Assembly (NCBI RefSeq): GCF_006345805.1
Contig: NC_043001.1
Coordinates: forward strand, 85,932,001 to 85,996,000
Origin: Octopus sinensis
Taxonomy: Eukaryota
Reading direction: 5' to 3'
DNA length: 64,000 nucleotides
The stretch's first letter is position 1, and every line of letters starts with the position of its first letter. The position numbers and the translations under genes are program-made. Below are positions 12,840-26,883 of the stretch, in pieces. Below the pieces are notes generated by a model. The model was not told the DNA's origin. It ran no database searches and saw only the letters and a list, made by a program, of their open reading frames with translations.

Positions 12840-13975
12840 GCCTTTATCAATATTGCTCATTTTAGGCCTCTGAAGGCTCTGGTAATCATGGTCCTCAGCT
12901 TGTCTTTCGTGATGCAGCTGTTGTTGTTAGCCTCCCCCTCCACAGCATCCCTCACAAAGAAGTCGAGAGTGATGAAGTCTATAGAGTTCGGAAATTATAT
13001 GTCAAGCGCTGTATGATCGAAGTAATTCTCCGAGAACCAGGCTTTGGTCTTCCGGCTGACGTGGCAGGGCTCAGGGTCTTGCTGCCACACGTACGTCGTC
13101 TCGGCAGCCTCCCGGTTGATCCAGGGTTTCACTATCTCGTTCGGAACACGGATGTAGCCGTTGGTGTTCGGCGTGAGGCTCTTAAGGAAGAAGTGGAGTG
13201 ACATGACGTCACCATCACCACCGACGACACCGAAGACCATGAATGTCACTGAAAATTTCCTCTACATGTTACTGGGCACATCCTTAGGTGAGACAGCGAA
13301 CCACCTGTTATTCTGGGAGTTGATTTTCTGATCATAACAGAACTTCTTCTCGCCGAAGAAGAACCACTGCATGTCTGACTCTAACGACCACTTTTAACAT
13401 GTTGATCAAATTGACCTTTCCTCATCTTGTATAAAAAGTAGCGATTGTCCTCTGTGGTGTGTGCGAGAGATTCGAATATAAAGGCACCTACCTTCTCTTC
13501 GCTCAGATGGAGACCCTTCAGCGGTAACGGATCCTTCAACACAGCCCGACCCAAACGCTAGAGATAGCAGCTGCTTCACCAAACCTTAACAACGTGATGA
13601 CCCGTCTTAGCACCTCGGCGACCTGACTCGAAAAAGGCAGAATCCCCCTCTCGTTGCGCGCGCGTCACGGCTGCCCCTTCCGGTCAGCCACAAGTTCCGG
13701 TCAGCTGCCCAGCTGCTGACGTCATCCCACATCCTCACGCACCACCAGCTTTTAAGCCACACCTCTTTCCTTGCAGTCAGTTTGCTGGGATCATGGTTGA
13801 TTATCTGCTGGATAATTCCGACGTTCTGATGGTTTCATATCGATGATCATGAGTTTTCCGCTCTGCGGTTTGCTGTTAGTCAAATCTTGAATCTTCCAGC
13901 TCCTAAAGTCTGAAATTTCCTTGGTTGTCCTTTCGGCGTGGATACTAAAAGAGGACTCTACGCCTCTTCCACAAT
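12840..13975 (-). mobile_element. Decayed Tc1/mariner maT (DD37D) transposon, split by a solo LTR
   Basis: Minus strand: VREDNRYFLYKMRKGQF (rejoined across the LTR), QKINSQNNRW, MVFGVVGGDG, VWQQDPEPCH...PNSIDFITLD. Second and third catalytic Asp are separated by 37 residues (counted, includes a stop). Confidence 0.85.
13453..13731. mobile_element. Solo LTR (279 bp), termini TGTGG...CCACA, 5-bp TSD TCCTC
   Basis: TCCTC at 13448-13452 and 13732-13736. Removing the insert and one TSD copy restores the maT reading VREDNRY. Confidence 0.85.
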
Positions 13976-15205
13976 TGGTGGTGTGTGTGCTTGGTGGGGT
14001 AGGTTCAAAATGTTCAGTAGACTACATTACTTCATATTTGAAGGTATCTAAACTAACAGACGGGGTGATTTAGAATTGTGAGATCAGCTTTAAATATTTA
14101 TTAGTTTATTTGACAATAATTCACATCTCAGTGTCTGTAACTACGTATTCCTCAGAATAGGTCGTTTACGTCAAAATTTCTTGTTTTTCTTTCGCTTTTT
14201 TTTTTCGGTTTCAATAAATCTCAGTATTTAGCACCACCACTGAGAGTCAAGATTCCTAATTTTTCCACCTCGTTTTGCACTTATTCACAGAGACGTGTCT
14301 ATTATTCTCTCTCTCTTTCCAACACTTATATATATATAGTGTGTGTGTATGAATGAATGTATGTGTGTATGTATGTATGTATGTATGTATGTATGTATGT
14401 ATGTTTGTGTATATATATATGAAAACCTATGATGAACACATAATGCAGTTTATATCAGCTTTACGTTTTCTCAATTGTGTATTTTCCATCCTCTGCACTG
14501 GGGAGAACAATCTATTGTATTGTTACACAGATCAAGTACATGAAGTTGGACAAATGGCAAGGCTGCTTTTTTATTGTTTTTTTATTTTAATAAATACGTA
14601 TGTTGAAAAGGAAATAGCCGTCAAACGGAAAAGGGCAGAAAATAAAACAAAATGAAAAGGTAAGGGAGAGAAAAAACAGGAGTGCAGTTAAAAACCATGA
14701 ATGTAGTTAAAAAGAACAGGAGTGTAGTTAATGAGAGAGAAAGGGGAGGGAGGGAGAGAGAGAGACGGAAAAGGGCGAAAGACGGAAAGAGAGAGAGTGT
14801 GGGGAGAAGGATTAGTCTTTTCAGTTACGAAAATACTCACTATTCAACTTTATTTTTGTTATTCGACAACTTTTATCCTCTTTGCTTTGCACTCTTGCGG
14901 TAGAAAGTCTGAATAAGTGGAAAACGGAGGAGCAATGTCTGGTGTATATAGAGGGTGGGGTAACACATCCCAGCCGAGCTGCAGTAATTTTTGTCTGATT
15001 CCCAAAGTATCAAGTGCCGAAAGGGTTACAGAATTAACATTTTAAAGGGTTACAGAATTAACACAGGTTATAGGAACATAAACCTTCTTCCACGAAAAGA
15101 TAGCTTAAACTGTGCTCTAAATGGTGGTGTAGTCAAATCCTATTTTATGGATTCAATCACGTTCTAAAATAAGTCGAAAGGTAAGCTACTATAAATCAGC
15201 ACGAA

Positions 15206-15429
<224 letters not shown>

Positions 15430-15795
15430 TACAAAATTCATCTTTAGGCAACGATTAATATTTTTTTTTTAAATTACGAATATCGATCAATAGTATTTCT
15501 CCTCCCTTCTTTCACATGAAAATATAAAAAATACATATGAAAATGAAAAATAATACATATCTAAAGCATGTTGAAATAGAAGTTGGAATTGTATATTCAA
15601 CAAAGATATAGAGATAAAGAATTCATTCTGAATGACATCAGAGTTCCTTTATATTGAGTGTGACTTGAACATATGTACCTAGAGAGCAACAGTTTTATTG
15701 ATGACGTTTAATATTTATCGTCAGAAATACGAAACAAACAAGAATGGAAAAATCGAAAAATAAAATAATTTTAGATAATTTTTAGCAAAAACATA

Positions 15796-16284
15796 CCGTA
15801 AATCCTCGAGTATAATACGCATTTTTTCCTAAAAATTAAAGGTCAAAATCCCTAGTACGAGGTTAGAAATGAAAAATATTTTCTAAGTAATGCCCGAGTC
15901 TCTATTTGTTGTCCGGCAGTGTTTATTCAGAGGTATTTTGTGATGTCGGGCGCGAAAATACCTTAAGCTAAGCCTGGAAGCAATGAAGTCATAAAAGAAT
16001 CATCCATAACTTGTAGTAAGCAACATTTATTAAAATAAAAGTATTCAGAACACAGAATAACATGTAACAAAAACAATTTGCAAACATATTTACATTCCCA
16101 TTATTGTATTACGGATGCACGGAAGTGCTTGTTCGACTAGGTGCTGCTGGCTTAATTACGCACGACTCAAGTTAGAGAAATGGTGCGTATTATACACAAG
16201 GTTTAGGTTTTTCAGAGGTACAGCCCCCTAAAAATCTCCCCTGCGTATCATACGCAGGGGCGGACTATACTCGAGGATTTACGG
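15796..16284. mobile_element. pogo/Tigger-type MITE (489 bp), perfect 19-bp TIRs, TA TSD
   Basis: CCGTAAATCCTCGAGTATA ... TATACTCGAGGATTTACGG, flanked by TA on both sides. Subterminal TGCGTATTATAC-like motifs. Confidence 0.92.
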
Positions 16285-16764
16285 TATGTCAGAGCAAAAA
16301 ATGCAAGACATCTACCGATGTAGAGACTAGGAAAAATATCTTGATTCTGTAACAGTTGAAAAGAAAAGCAGTTAATGTTTGGTTAACTGTTAACGTCGAG
16401 TGACTTTCTAAATTGCATTCTTCTCGGGACAGTGATATGATATAACCATCCAAATTTCGCTAGAATATTTATTTTGCACAACACATCCCTACACATACAC
16501 ACGTTACCACGTGCGCATGAGAATTGTATTTCTTTTAGTCGAGAAGCTGTTGTGAACCAAGTTCAAAATTTTCTTTCTAATGTACTTAGCGTCAATGATA
16601 ACTGCACTGAGGCGAAATTCTGAGGCTAAATATCACTGTAGCATTTTGGATAACGAAGATAGACAAATACGTCATTCTTTCGTTTAAAAAAAAAAACAGT
16701 ATAATGAGAATGTACCTGTATTAACTGTATTAATTGTGTGTACATACATATATACGTATATATA

Positions 16765-16951
16765 TATATGTTCGTATGTATAGTGAAGATGAGGTCATAA
16801 CTACTGTTGATGACTTTTGGGACCAACAAAATTAAAGCTTCTTCAATAATGGTATCCAAACACTGCAAAACCGATGTGTTGAGCACAAAGTGTCTCTGTT
16901 GGAAAATAAACCTAATTCGGTTAAATTCCATGTACTTTTCAACCGACCTTG
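16765..16951 (+). mobile_element. Mariner 3' end fragment
   Basis: SEDEVITTVDDFWDQQ..SFFNNGIQTLQ resembles a mariner C-terminus; followed by TIR-like ACTTTTCAACCGACCTTG. Confidence 0.6.
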
Positions 16952-17187
16952 TGATTTCAAATCTAACCGAAGATATTTTTGCTTTTTATTCATTTTCATT
17001 CGAAAAATAAAATACTAGTCCATGACCGTGGTCTATTTAATCAACTACCATCCCCAACACCATCTGATCCTTCAAGAATAAAGAAAATTTCAGACCAAGT
17101 GGTTCAATTAGAAATAATTGAGTATCGCAACAAGAAAATAACTTTACCTTGTTGTATATTTGTTTCCGACTCTACGTTCTTAGTTCG

Positions 17188-17500
17188 TGGACGCACATGG
17201 CCCAGTGGTTAGAGGAGCGGACTCGCGGTCGAGGGATCGCGGGTTCGAATCTCAGAAATGGTGATGTGTGATGAGCGAAACACCAAAGCTCCACGCGGCA
17301 ACGGCAGAAGGTAATGGCGAACCTCTGCTGACTCTTTCGCCACAACTTTCTCTCAATCTTTCCTCCTGCATCTTTCTCTCAATCTTTCCTCCTGCGACCG
17401 ACCGGCGTCCCGTCCAGGTGGGGAACCTATACGCCAACGAAACCTGGAAACCGGCCCTATGAGCCAGGCGTGGCTTGAGAAGGAACAAATAACAACAACG
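17188..17500 (+). mobile_element. SINE family E copy (tRNA-derived head, CAA-repeat tail)
   Basis: A-box TGGCCCAGTGG and B-box GGTTCGAATC. Body shared with 32665-32882 (minus). Confidence 0.85.
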
Positions 17501-18556
17501 TTCTTAGTTCAAATCCAGCTGAAGTTAACCTTTCGTTGTCAATAATATAAACCCATGTACTGATAAATATTTAGTGAACTTTAGAGACCATCCACCAAAA
17601 TGTCAGCCCTTCTACCTAAAGTAGAAAATGTTAGAAGTCGGAATTAGTGGAACACCATCCAAATACCAAGAAGTATTTAGCTATGGCCCTTTATGCTCTG
17701 GGTTCAAATCCCACCATGCTTTTCATATTTTCGAGGTCGATATTATAAGTACCATTAATTACAACTTTCGATCGAATCGACTACAGACTTCCCTGAAATT
17801 GGTGACCTTGTGCCCAACTTGAAAAAAAATCATTATTATTTTTTCCTATTGGTGTGATTGTTGTTGATGTTGTTATCACTGGAAATAAATGATAAATGCG
17901 TACAGCTAATCAATAACACAAATTTGATGTTTTATTAAAATATGAATACGGTTTAAAAATTCATATTGCCCAACCAATATTACCACATAGACTGACAGAC
18001 ACACACACACACATACACACACGCATGCACGTACGCACACAGACACACACGCACTCACACACATATACACAATGCTTTATACACATATATTCTCCCCAGT
18101 CTTTCTGTTTCTCTCACACACACAAAATTACACCCTCTCGTGGACACAAGCATACACAATTTCCTATATTCTTTATATACACACATTCGCACACACATAC
18201 ACACACTTTCCCACACACACACTTACACACACACACCCACACACACGCACATACATGCGCACGTAACACAAACCTGCAACGAGTTATTCTCTATTTCACT
18301 CGACTCCAACGTTACGTTTTCCCATCCATATTTCACCCACACAAACTCATACACTTGCACACACACACACGCATACATGCACAGATTTTTTCATATACAT
18401 ACTTACGCATATATACATGCACATTTATACACAGAAAGCATACACATACATCTGTAAACACATACATGCATGCATACATACATACATACATACATACATC
18501 ATACATACACATGCAGGTACTAGTACATGTATTCATACAGACGTTCACGCACATAT

Positions 18557-18718
<162 letters not shown>

Positions 18719-19043
18719 TATACTATTTACAGACACGCACATCTAAGAATTCCCTCTGTGAGCATGTTAGTCGTTTGAAGCAAAACTTGGTGTTAATAAA
18801 GACCGCTTAAGAAGAAAATAGAAATGGTTAGGGGTAGAGTGAAAGTCAGCCTTCACTTAGAAAACGATCAGTCGATACGAAATCTCTGGAAATTTCTTTA
18901 TCTAACACTCAGTTTGAGTTTAGGATAAACATTTCTTTTTAATTTGTTTCTTTATTTCTAAAGAGCAATAAAAACCTTCATTTTTGTTTCATCTCAAAAA
19001 CATGTTAGATCTATAGCAAAATACTGATTATTATTATTATTAT

Positions 19044-19090
<47 letters not shown>

Positions 19091-19396
19091 AACACGGAAC
19101 GAAAGATTGAACGAATTCCAAATAAAAGGAAAAAATATGTAGTTTTTAAAATTTTTGTGTTTCATTGTTATTTGCAAGGAACAAACTTTTGAAGGTGATT
19201 GTATATTTGATTGAATTATTAATGATACGAATTATTGAAGTATTTACTGAATTACTAACGACAGAACATTATTATTATTTTTAGATTGACACACCGGCCA
19301 AGCATTTTTTAAATACATATACCGTAGACCGCATTAAAGTATTTGACTCAGGTTGAGGCACCTATATAGTATTTTCAGTTAATATTAATGTACGGG

Positions 19397-19570
19397 AAAG
19401 GCGGCGAGCTGGTAGAATCGTTACGGCACTGGGCAAAATGCTTAGTAGCATTTCGTTCGGAGTTCAAATTCCGCCGAGGTGGATGTTTGCCTTTGCTCCT
19501 TTCTGTGTCTATCAAATACGTACCAGTTGAGCACTGGAACGAGATAAACAAGTATAGTTTATTCGACGAA
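19397..19570 (+). mobile_element. SINE family B copy
   Basis: AAGGCGGCGAGCTGGTAGAATCGTTA...GAGTTCAAATTCCGCCGAGG matches 6235-6468. Confidence 0.85.
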
Positions 19571-19734
19571 CTTCTACACAATATCTAATGGCTTGTTTTG
19601 GCCCGAGGTCTTAGAAGACCTCAGTTCAGTTGCCTAAGACATTATCCAGTGGGAACTAACCAAGAATCGTATCACTGTGGAGTAAAATTTTTTACCAAAT
19701 GTCCATTTTAATACAATATTTTGCATAATTCCTT

Positions 19735-20150
19735 CTACTATAGGGACAAGGCCTAAAATTTTTGTGGGAATGAACTAGTCAATTATATTGGAGCCAGTAC
19801 GCAACTGGTAGTTATTTTATAGACCCCGAAACGAGGAAAAGCAAAGCAGCGGGATTTGAGCTCAGAACATAGACAGACGAATTGCAGCTAAGTGTTCTGT
19901 CCGGCGAGCTAACTTCCTGCCAGCTAGCTGCCTTAGTATATTAAATAATACATATGGTGGATTTCCGTCGCTCTCCACGATCGCAGTTCAGTTGTTCGAT
20001 CAACCGAAATACTTTGCTCCTGAATTAAGTGTGACTGAGTATTCCACAGACACGTGTACCCTTAACATAATTCTCAAGAAAAATTCAGAATAACATGGTG
20101 TGTGTGTGTGAAAAGGGTGTATCTTTTGAATCACAGGTACAATCCACGAG
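19735..20150 (-). mobile_element. Adjacent SINE fragments: family B (alternative tail, ~19735-19935) and family D (~19955-20150)
   Basis: B part matches 20285-20420 and 52085-52238. D part CACAGACACGTGTACCCTTAAC recurs at ~32608. Confidence 0.7.
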
Positions 20151-20284
20151 ATTTCAAGGAAAATCCATTTCAAACCAATGATAAAATAAATTAAAATGGA
20201 ACATCAGTAACTAACCATTCCTGCAAACTCTGATTATTTTCTTCCCTCTATCGAAAAAGAGGAATTTTCCCTGAAATATTCTTC

Positions 20285-20420
20285 TTACCTCTAGGCACAA
20301 GACCCGAAAATTTGAGGGAAGGGGGCCCAGTGCATTTGATCGACTCCAGTATGCAACTGGTACTTTATTTATCGACCCCGAAAGGATGAAAGGCAAAGTC
20401 AACCTCGGCGAAATTTAAAG
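20285..20420 (-). mobile_element. SINE family B 3' fragment, alternative tail
   Basis: CTAGGCACAAGACCCGAAAATTTG...ATCGACCCCGAAAGGATGAAAGGCAAAGTCAACCTCGGCG. Confidence 0.8.
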
Positions 20421-22040
20421 AATTTTCCCCGAAATTTTACTGCATCAATAAACAACTAATGTAAGGTAATATGATATTTTGTCTCTTCTTTTTTTTTTAC
20501 TGAGACCATCTTACGTATTTTTTATAATACCTCACCAACACTGTCCGAAGTATTTTTTCAAACTTTTATACAAATTTTTATAAATTTCAGGCGTCCGAAT
20601 ACAATACGTCTATGTAGTATTTGTAAACCCGAATTACAATTACTTTAGAAAAGGATTCATTCTTCTTTAAAACAATCACAAACTTAAACTTTACAGAGTA
20701 TATTTCCATATCCAGTGATCGAATTGTAATATGGTCAATAGACATAACCGAAATGAAACTTTAATTACATCAACTTACACATGAAAAAAAGAAGGAACGA
20801 TTGAAGATGGTGTTTAAATACACTATAATTTAATTTGCCATGTGAAGGAAGAAAGACCTAAGATTTACCATGAGAAAGGGGAAGATTTTGAGCAATCTTG
20901 TTCCTCGTGACAATCTACTTTTCACGCATAAAAATGCATACAATTGAGAAGATGTGTAATAAATCATTTTCAGGTTGAGTCTCGAAGTGAATACAACTAT
21001 AAATCACATTATGTACTATTGCGGGTTAAGAAACATTACATATGAAAATAGGTTTGAAGAATAGATGGATTTGAGAAATTGCCATCCAAGGGTTCTTTAA
21101 AATAATATATTTCATGCTTGTAATTATAGCTATATTCACCCCGAAACTTATATTTCAAAACAATTTAACTTAAACTAATCTGTGACTATTTTTATACTTA
21201 GTATTTGCCGACAGATACTGTCGCCCGTTTCCCTGACTTATTCAGATTTACTTAGATACAACACATCTGGAACGTTTTTCATCATATATCAGACTACTCG
21301 ATCAGTATTGACCTGGGGCTAAAACAACAGCAACAACAATAGCATTGCCTATCGTAACAAATCAACTATTTGAAAAGGATGGTTAGAATATGAGAGATTT
21401 GTACTGTCAAGTTCCAAAGATTAGTGTTTGGCAGATGTATACACATGGGAGAGAAATCCTACAATAAGACTGACAATTCTGAGAATAGATGACTTCTTGT
21501 TGTTTTGATGCGGTCCTTGAAAGAGAAGGAGAGGGGATGAGAGGGAGAGAGAATGAAAGAGACTGAGAGACTAAAAAGAAGGAGCGAGAGCGAAAGAAAG
21601 AGATAGATTAAGGAGAGGAAGAGAGAAAAGTAAGTATAGTGAGAGATCCTACCATATTCATTAAGGAAAGGAAACAAAGCAATAAGAATTACCAAACTCT
21701 ATCAGTAAACAGTCAATGACACAGACTCAAGACAGAATGTAAACAGCTATGTTGTGGTAGTTGAAGAATATGAAGAATTGATAGTGTTTGGGGTGGGATT
21801 GCAAATCACATGAGATATCTCATTCTATAAATACTGCAATAAACTTAGTGCAAACGTAGCCGAGTGGTTCAATAGATTGTTTCGTAAACATGACTTCTTG
21901 GGCTCGATTCTGTTCTTGACACAACAGTATCATTCAGCATTGACCCAACCCTTCTAAGTGAAACTGGTTTGATAGATATGTATGTGGAAGCTCACAAGTC
22001 CGTCCAACGAATGATATATATATATATAAATTTAAAATAA

Positions 22041-22082
<42 letters not shown>

Positions 22083-22492
22083 TTAAAATAATAGGGTGAA
22101 AATTGAATATAAATTGTGATTAATATCAATTTAAAACTAGTGGTCTAGCATATAGAAAAATCTGAAGATTCAGAAAAATTATATTGCATACATATATTAC
22201 ATACATTTGTCATGCTCGCTTACGTTCTGGCGTTTGCTAAATTTTCTTGAGAATGTTCCTTTCTTAGTGGTAAGACCATAGCGGATCTACTTCCAGCATA
22301 ATGGATGTCCACTTATTTGTAGCCAGGACAGAATGGATAGATCATTAGTGATTACAGAAACAGCGAGTGAGACGAGGTAGTCGACAGGAAACTGGGAAAA
22401 GAAATCCAAGTCCCAACAGCAGTAAACATCGTATTCGCTTTATAAAAGCAGAATAGAGTCAGAGGCTGGGTGTGTATTTGGGAGGGACTTCA

Positions 22493-22710
22493 TGAGGGGT
22501 CACTGAAAAGTTCCTGGCTTTAAGGACATCGTGAAGGGCCTTGTTGGAGGCCCAACTCGCTGAGTTCTTTTACACGGACTGAGTTCTTTTAAAGGGACGC
22601 TGCAATAAGTGCGTGAATCTGAGAGAGGATATGGTGAATAAAATCATAACTGACTGATCCTCCTGTATTTTCTTTTAACCAAAGCCAAGAACGTTTCAGC
22701 AACATCCTCG
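22493..22710. mobile_element. Mariner-derived MITE (~220 bp)
   Basis: Imperfect TIRs GAGGGGTCACTGAAAAGTTCCTGGCTTT / AAAGCCAAGAACGTTTCAGCAACATCCTCG; TA on the right flank. Confidence 0.7.
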
Positions 22711-23251
22711 TATGCCAATCAGTTTAATTACCTTTCTCTGAATGCGGTATACGATGTCTATGCAAGTAGCAGCAACGCCTGCTCGAAATATAGAATTATT
22801 ACTCCATTCTGGGTCTCACTTTAGCTATGTAGAGACATAGTAATGATGGGGAGTAAAATAGATTCGACCCTGAAGAGAAATAACAATATTTGAAAATCAG
22901 TCTTTGCTATGCTAGAAATTGAATGAAAATTAGCTGTCAGTTCTGTCTGGTAATAACAGCGCTTACACATTGTTCAGAACACCTAATATTTAGTGCCTGT
23001 GGCAATGTTGTTAAAACTGGTAATTTTTATACAATACAAAGTATATGTGTTGAACACGTATATTATACTTTTAGTAAAATATGTGTTACTGCTTGTAAGT
23101 AGGTGCCGTACTTTATAATTTTTAAAGTATATATAACTAAATCAAATTTATTTTCTAGTTTGGTGCAATGAATGTTTTGTTAAATAAATCACGGTAACTA
23201 TTTTTTTTCATCACATTTATGACGGGTATTCATATATTTTTGAAGATGTAT

Positions 23252-23303
<52 letters not shown>

Positions 23304-23313
23304 TATCTATCTA

Positions 23314-23361
<48 letters not shown>

Positions 23362-23367
23362 TATATA

Positions 23368-23405
<38 letters not shown>

Positions 23406-23519
23406 CATACACTAACACACATATGTATAGACATATATACAGGCAGACTAACATAACTATAAATGGAATACAATTTCCCGAAATAATAATATATATAAAT
23501 ATGTGTGTGCATTCATGTA

Positions 23520-23673
23520 TGTGCATATACAAATAACTATATGTACATATATGTATACGTATATAAATATACATGTATGTATATAAATATATAAATATAC
23601 ATGTATATATATACATATATATATATATACATGTATATGTATATATATATGTGTGTGTGAATATGTATGTATG

Positions 23674-23709
<36 letters not shown>

Positions 23710-23890
23710 GATATATATATATATAATGATAAATATCAAAGTGAGAGCATGTGTGTGCATATACAAATAACTATATGTACATATATGTATACGTATATAA
23801 ATATACATGTATGTATATAAATATATAAATATACATGTATATATATACATATATATATATATACATGTATATGTATATATATATATGTGG
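23520..23890. repeat. Tandem duplication (period ~234 bp) of a compound AT/CA microsatellite block
   Basis: TGTGCATATACAAATAACTATATGTACATATATGTATACG... occurs at 23520 and 23754. Confidence 0.85.
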
Positions 23891-23953
23891 TGTGAATAAA
23901 TGTATGTATGTATGTATATATATATATATATATAAATATATTATATAATATAT

Positions 23954-24009
<56 letters not shown>

Positions 24010-24489
24010 GTAATATACACATATAAGGCACCCACACATCAACAGACATACGAGCACATGCACACATATACAAGTAATTTCGCATATATCTGTTGTGTAG
24101 TTTATTCATCAATAGTTAAGTATGTTTTTTTGTGTCCATTATCAGCGAGGTTTTGTACTAGACGCAACGTTTTTTTTTACTAAAGAATGGCGATGGATAA
24201 TATTAAGTAGTATCATCTCAATCAACATTTAATGATGTTTTTGCAATGTGTTTTTACATATTGGAGAATTTATTTTTTTTTTTAGATTGTCTGCTTTTAT
24301 TAAAAAATAAACATTTTTCATATACATCTAAACACACGCACCAGAGGTACAATTTATACCATATTCATTTAAAAAGGAACCAGATAGATCACCAGAAATG
24401 TACAATGTACAACATGATACATCCATAAACGTAAATGAAAGATATATTATATATATATAACACACACACATATATATATGTGTATATAT

Positions 24490-24540
<51 letters not shown>

Positions 24541-24699
24541 GACTGGTTTCTTTCAGTTTTCGTCTACCAAATCCACTCGGGGGTCGACTCGAGGCTGTGC
24601 AATGGAACTGAAGCCGACAACACACTAAATTCTGGGGAGGTATACATACCAACACTGGTCATGAGACATAAGGACTCTCTCACATAGATATATACATGT

Positions 24700-24755
<56 letters not shown>

Positions 24756-24780
24756 CGTTACTATATTTATATATATATCG

Positions 24781-24988
24781 TTGTGTGTCTGTGTTTGTCC
24801 CCACAACATCGCTTGACAACCGATGCTGGTGTGTTTACGTCCCCGTAACTTAGCGGTTCGGCAAAAGAGACCAATAGAATAAGTACTAGGCTTACAAACA
24901 ATAAGTCCTGGGGTCGATGTGCTCGATTAAAGGCGGTGCTCCAGCATGGCCGCAGTCAAATGACTGAAACAAGTAAAAGCGTAAAAGA
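24781..24988 (+). mobile_element. SINE family A, 3' half (a minus-strand fragment lies at ~24538-24615)
   Basis: High identity to the 3' halves of other family A copies. Confidence 0.9.
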
Positions 24989-24998
24989 TATATATATG

Positions 24999-25029
<31 letters not shown>

Positions 25030-25404
25030 CGTTGTTAAACTGTAGTATGTCCAAATTTGACCGAATGCTTTTTCCGATATTTAATTTTGTTTGCCTATTC
25101 TTTTGGTCAAAAGTATCGTATCTCCAGCTGCTTCAGATAAATTTGTCAAAAGTGTAGCACAACGGTTTACCATTTTTCGAAAGTGTAGTAAGCGCCACTT
25201 AACGACAGTTTTGCAAAAATATTTCTGACTGAAAATATCATGCATGCATGGAGTTATGATTTTTATGCACCCAACAACGTACAATTGTTAAACTGAAACT
25301 GTTGCTATGCAAAAAAGAAATGGAATGGTGAAACTACTTTTTCGTTTCGTGAAAAAGCAACGTTTTAGACTTACGACATTTTTGCATAAAAGCAACGATA
25401 TATA

Positions 25405-25572
25405 TATGGTGAGCTTCTTTTCAGGTTGCATAAACCAAATTCACTCGCAAGATCTTGGTCGAACTGAGGCTATAGTAGACGATCCTTGCCCAAGGTGCCC
25501 CACAGTGAGACTAAACCCGGAAACATGTGATTGGGAAGCAACTTCTAGCCACACAGCTACGCCTTCGCCTAT
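25405..25572 (-). mobile_element. SINE family A, 5' half
   Basis: GAGCTTCTTTTCAG...TGCCCAAGGTGCC...TAGCCACACAGCTACGCC. Confidence 0.8.
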
Positions 25573-25602
25573 AGGGATATATATACATTCATACATACTT
25601 AC

Positions 25603-25681
<79 letters not shown>

Positions 25682-25706
25682 TATATACATATATACGCAA
25701 TATATA

Positions 25707-25739
<33 letters not shown>

Positions 25740-26883
25740 ATTATTATATATTATATATATGCAACAATATATGTGGTGTGTTGGTTTATAATAAGTTTGA
25801 ATTAGATTCGTCTTTTAATTTGGAGGCTTCCAGAAAAGGATTCCTAATATAGATTCTTCATATTTTGCTGGTAGCTTACTGGCGTAAAATTGCAAATATG
25901 AAAATGATACTTTTACATAGTGTGTTGTGAATTTATGGAAAGAAATCCCATAAAACTCAACAAATTTGATTAAAATGTAGAAGAGACGATATTAAAATAG
26001 ATAAGAGAATTTTAATTCATGCAGACAATCGTTTGGTACAGCGATATAAAAAACATGCAAATTCACGGTTGAATAGAATTAATTAAATTAATTAGATTGA
26101 TTTCGATTAATTACAGCATGGCCACAGCTCGTGAGCTGACACTAGATAAAATATAAATATAAAGTATAATATATATATCACTGTACTTTTCAATACAAGA
26201 AGTATAAACAAAACTTTTACAAAGGACTTGATAAAGGTAAAAGCAGAATAGGATCTTAGGTATTCATATTTCTCCTTATGAGAAAGAAAGATATGTGTGA
26301 GTCCAGTTAGATGTTAATTAAAACTAGTTAATGCATACATATATACGTGCATGCAGGCGTATATTCTTTCATAATACCTTGCTGTTCACAATGTGCTTCC
26401 ACTCTTATACATATAATGTTTGTATGTATCTCTCTCCCTCTCTTTCTCTCTCTTTTCTTCCTCTTGTATCTATCTAGCTAGCGAGCTCTGTTTGTGCATG
26501 TCTATTTGTACATTTTGTCGTGCTAAAATACATGATAAGTAACCATAGGAATTAATGCTCCATTTTTTCACCTATGTTAAGCAACTACTCTTATATAATG
26601 CCGCCGGTAAAGAATCATAAATACAAAGTATAGGACTATAATAAAGTAACGAGAGCCATATATAGTTCAAATAAACAAGAAATGTGGAAGTGATATGGCG
26701 GATATAAGATTACGTACGCTACAATTATCAATTATCAATAATCAATTAATCATAGCTTTTTTTGTCAAATGGAAGAAATCGAAACATCATTCTTTTCAAT
26801 CTGACGAAACTATTTGTAATTAGTTCATTATTCAATATTACAACGTATGTAATGATATATTTTTTCTCTTTATTCCGTATCTA

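Noticed and set aside
15021-15070. GGGTTA telomere-like hexamers
   Set aside because: Only isolated copies within a 26-bp local duplication; not a telomeric array.
17188-17265. tRNA-like sequence with A and B boxes (also ~32810-32882)
   Set aside because: No closed acceptor stem; continues into a shared SINE body, so it is a SINE head and not a tRNA gene.
22865-22910. CTGAAGA-G-AAATA..TATTT-GAAA motif (similar partial hits at ~22164, ~35162, ~43307, ~57634)
   Set aside because: Stems I and III do not close; consistent with chance.
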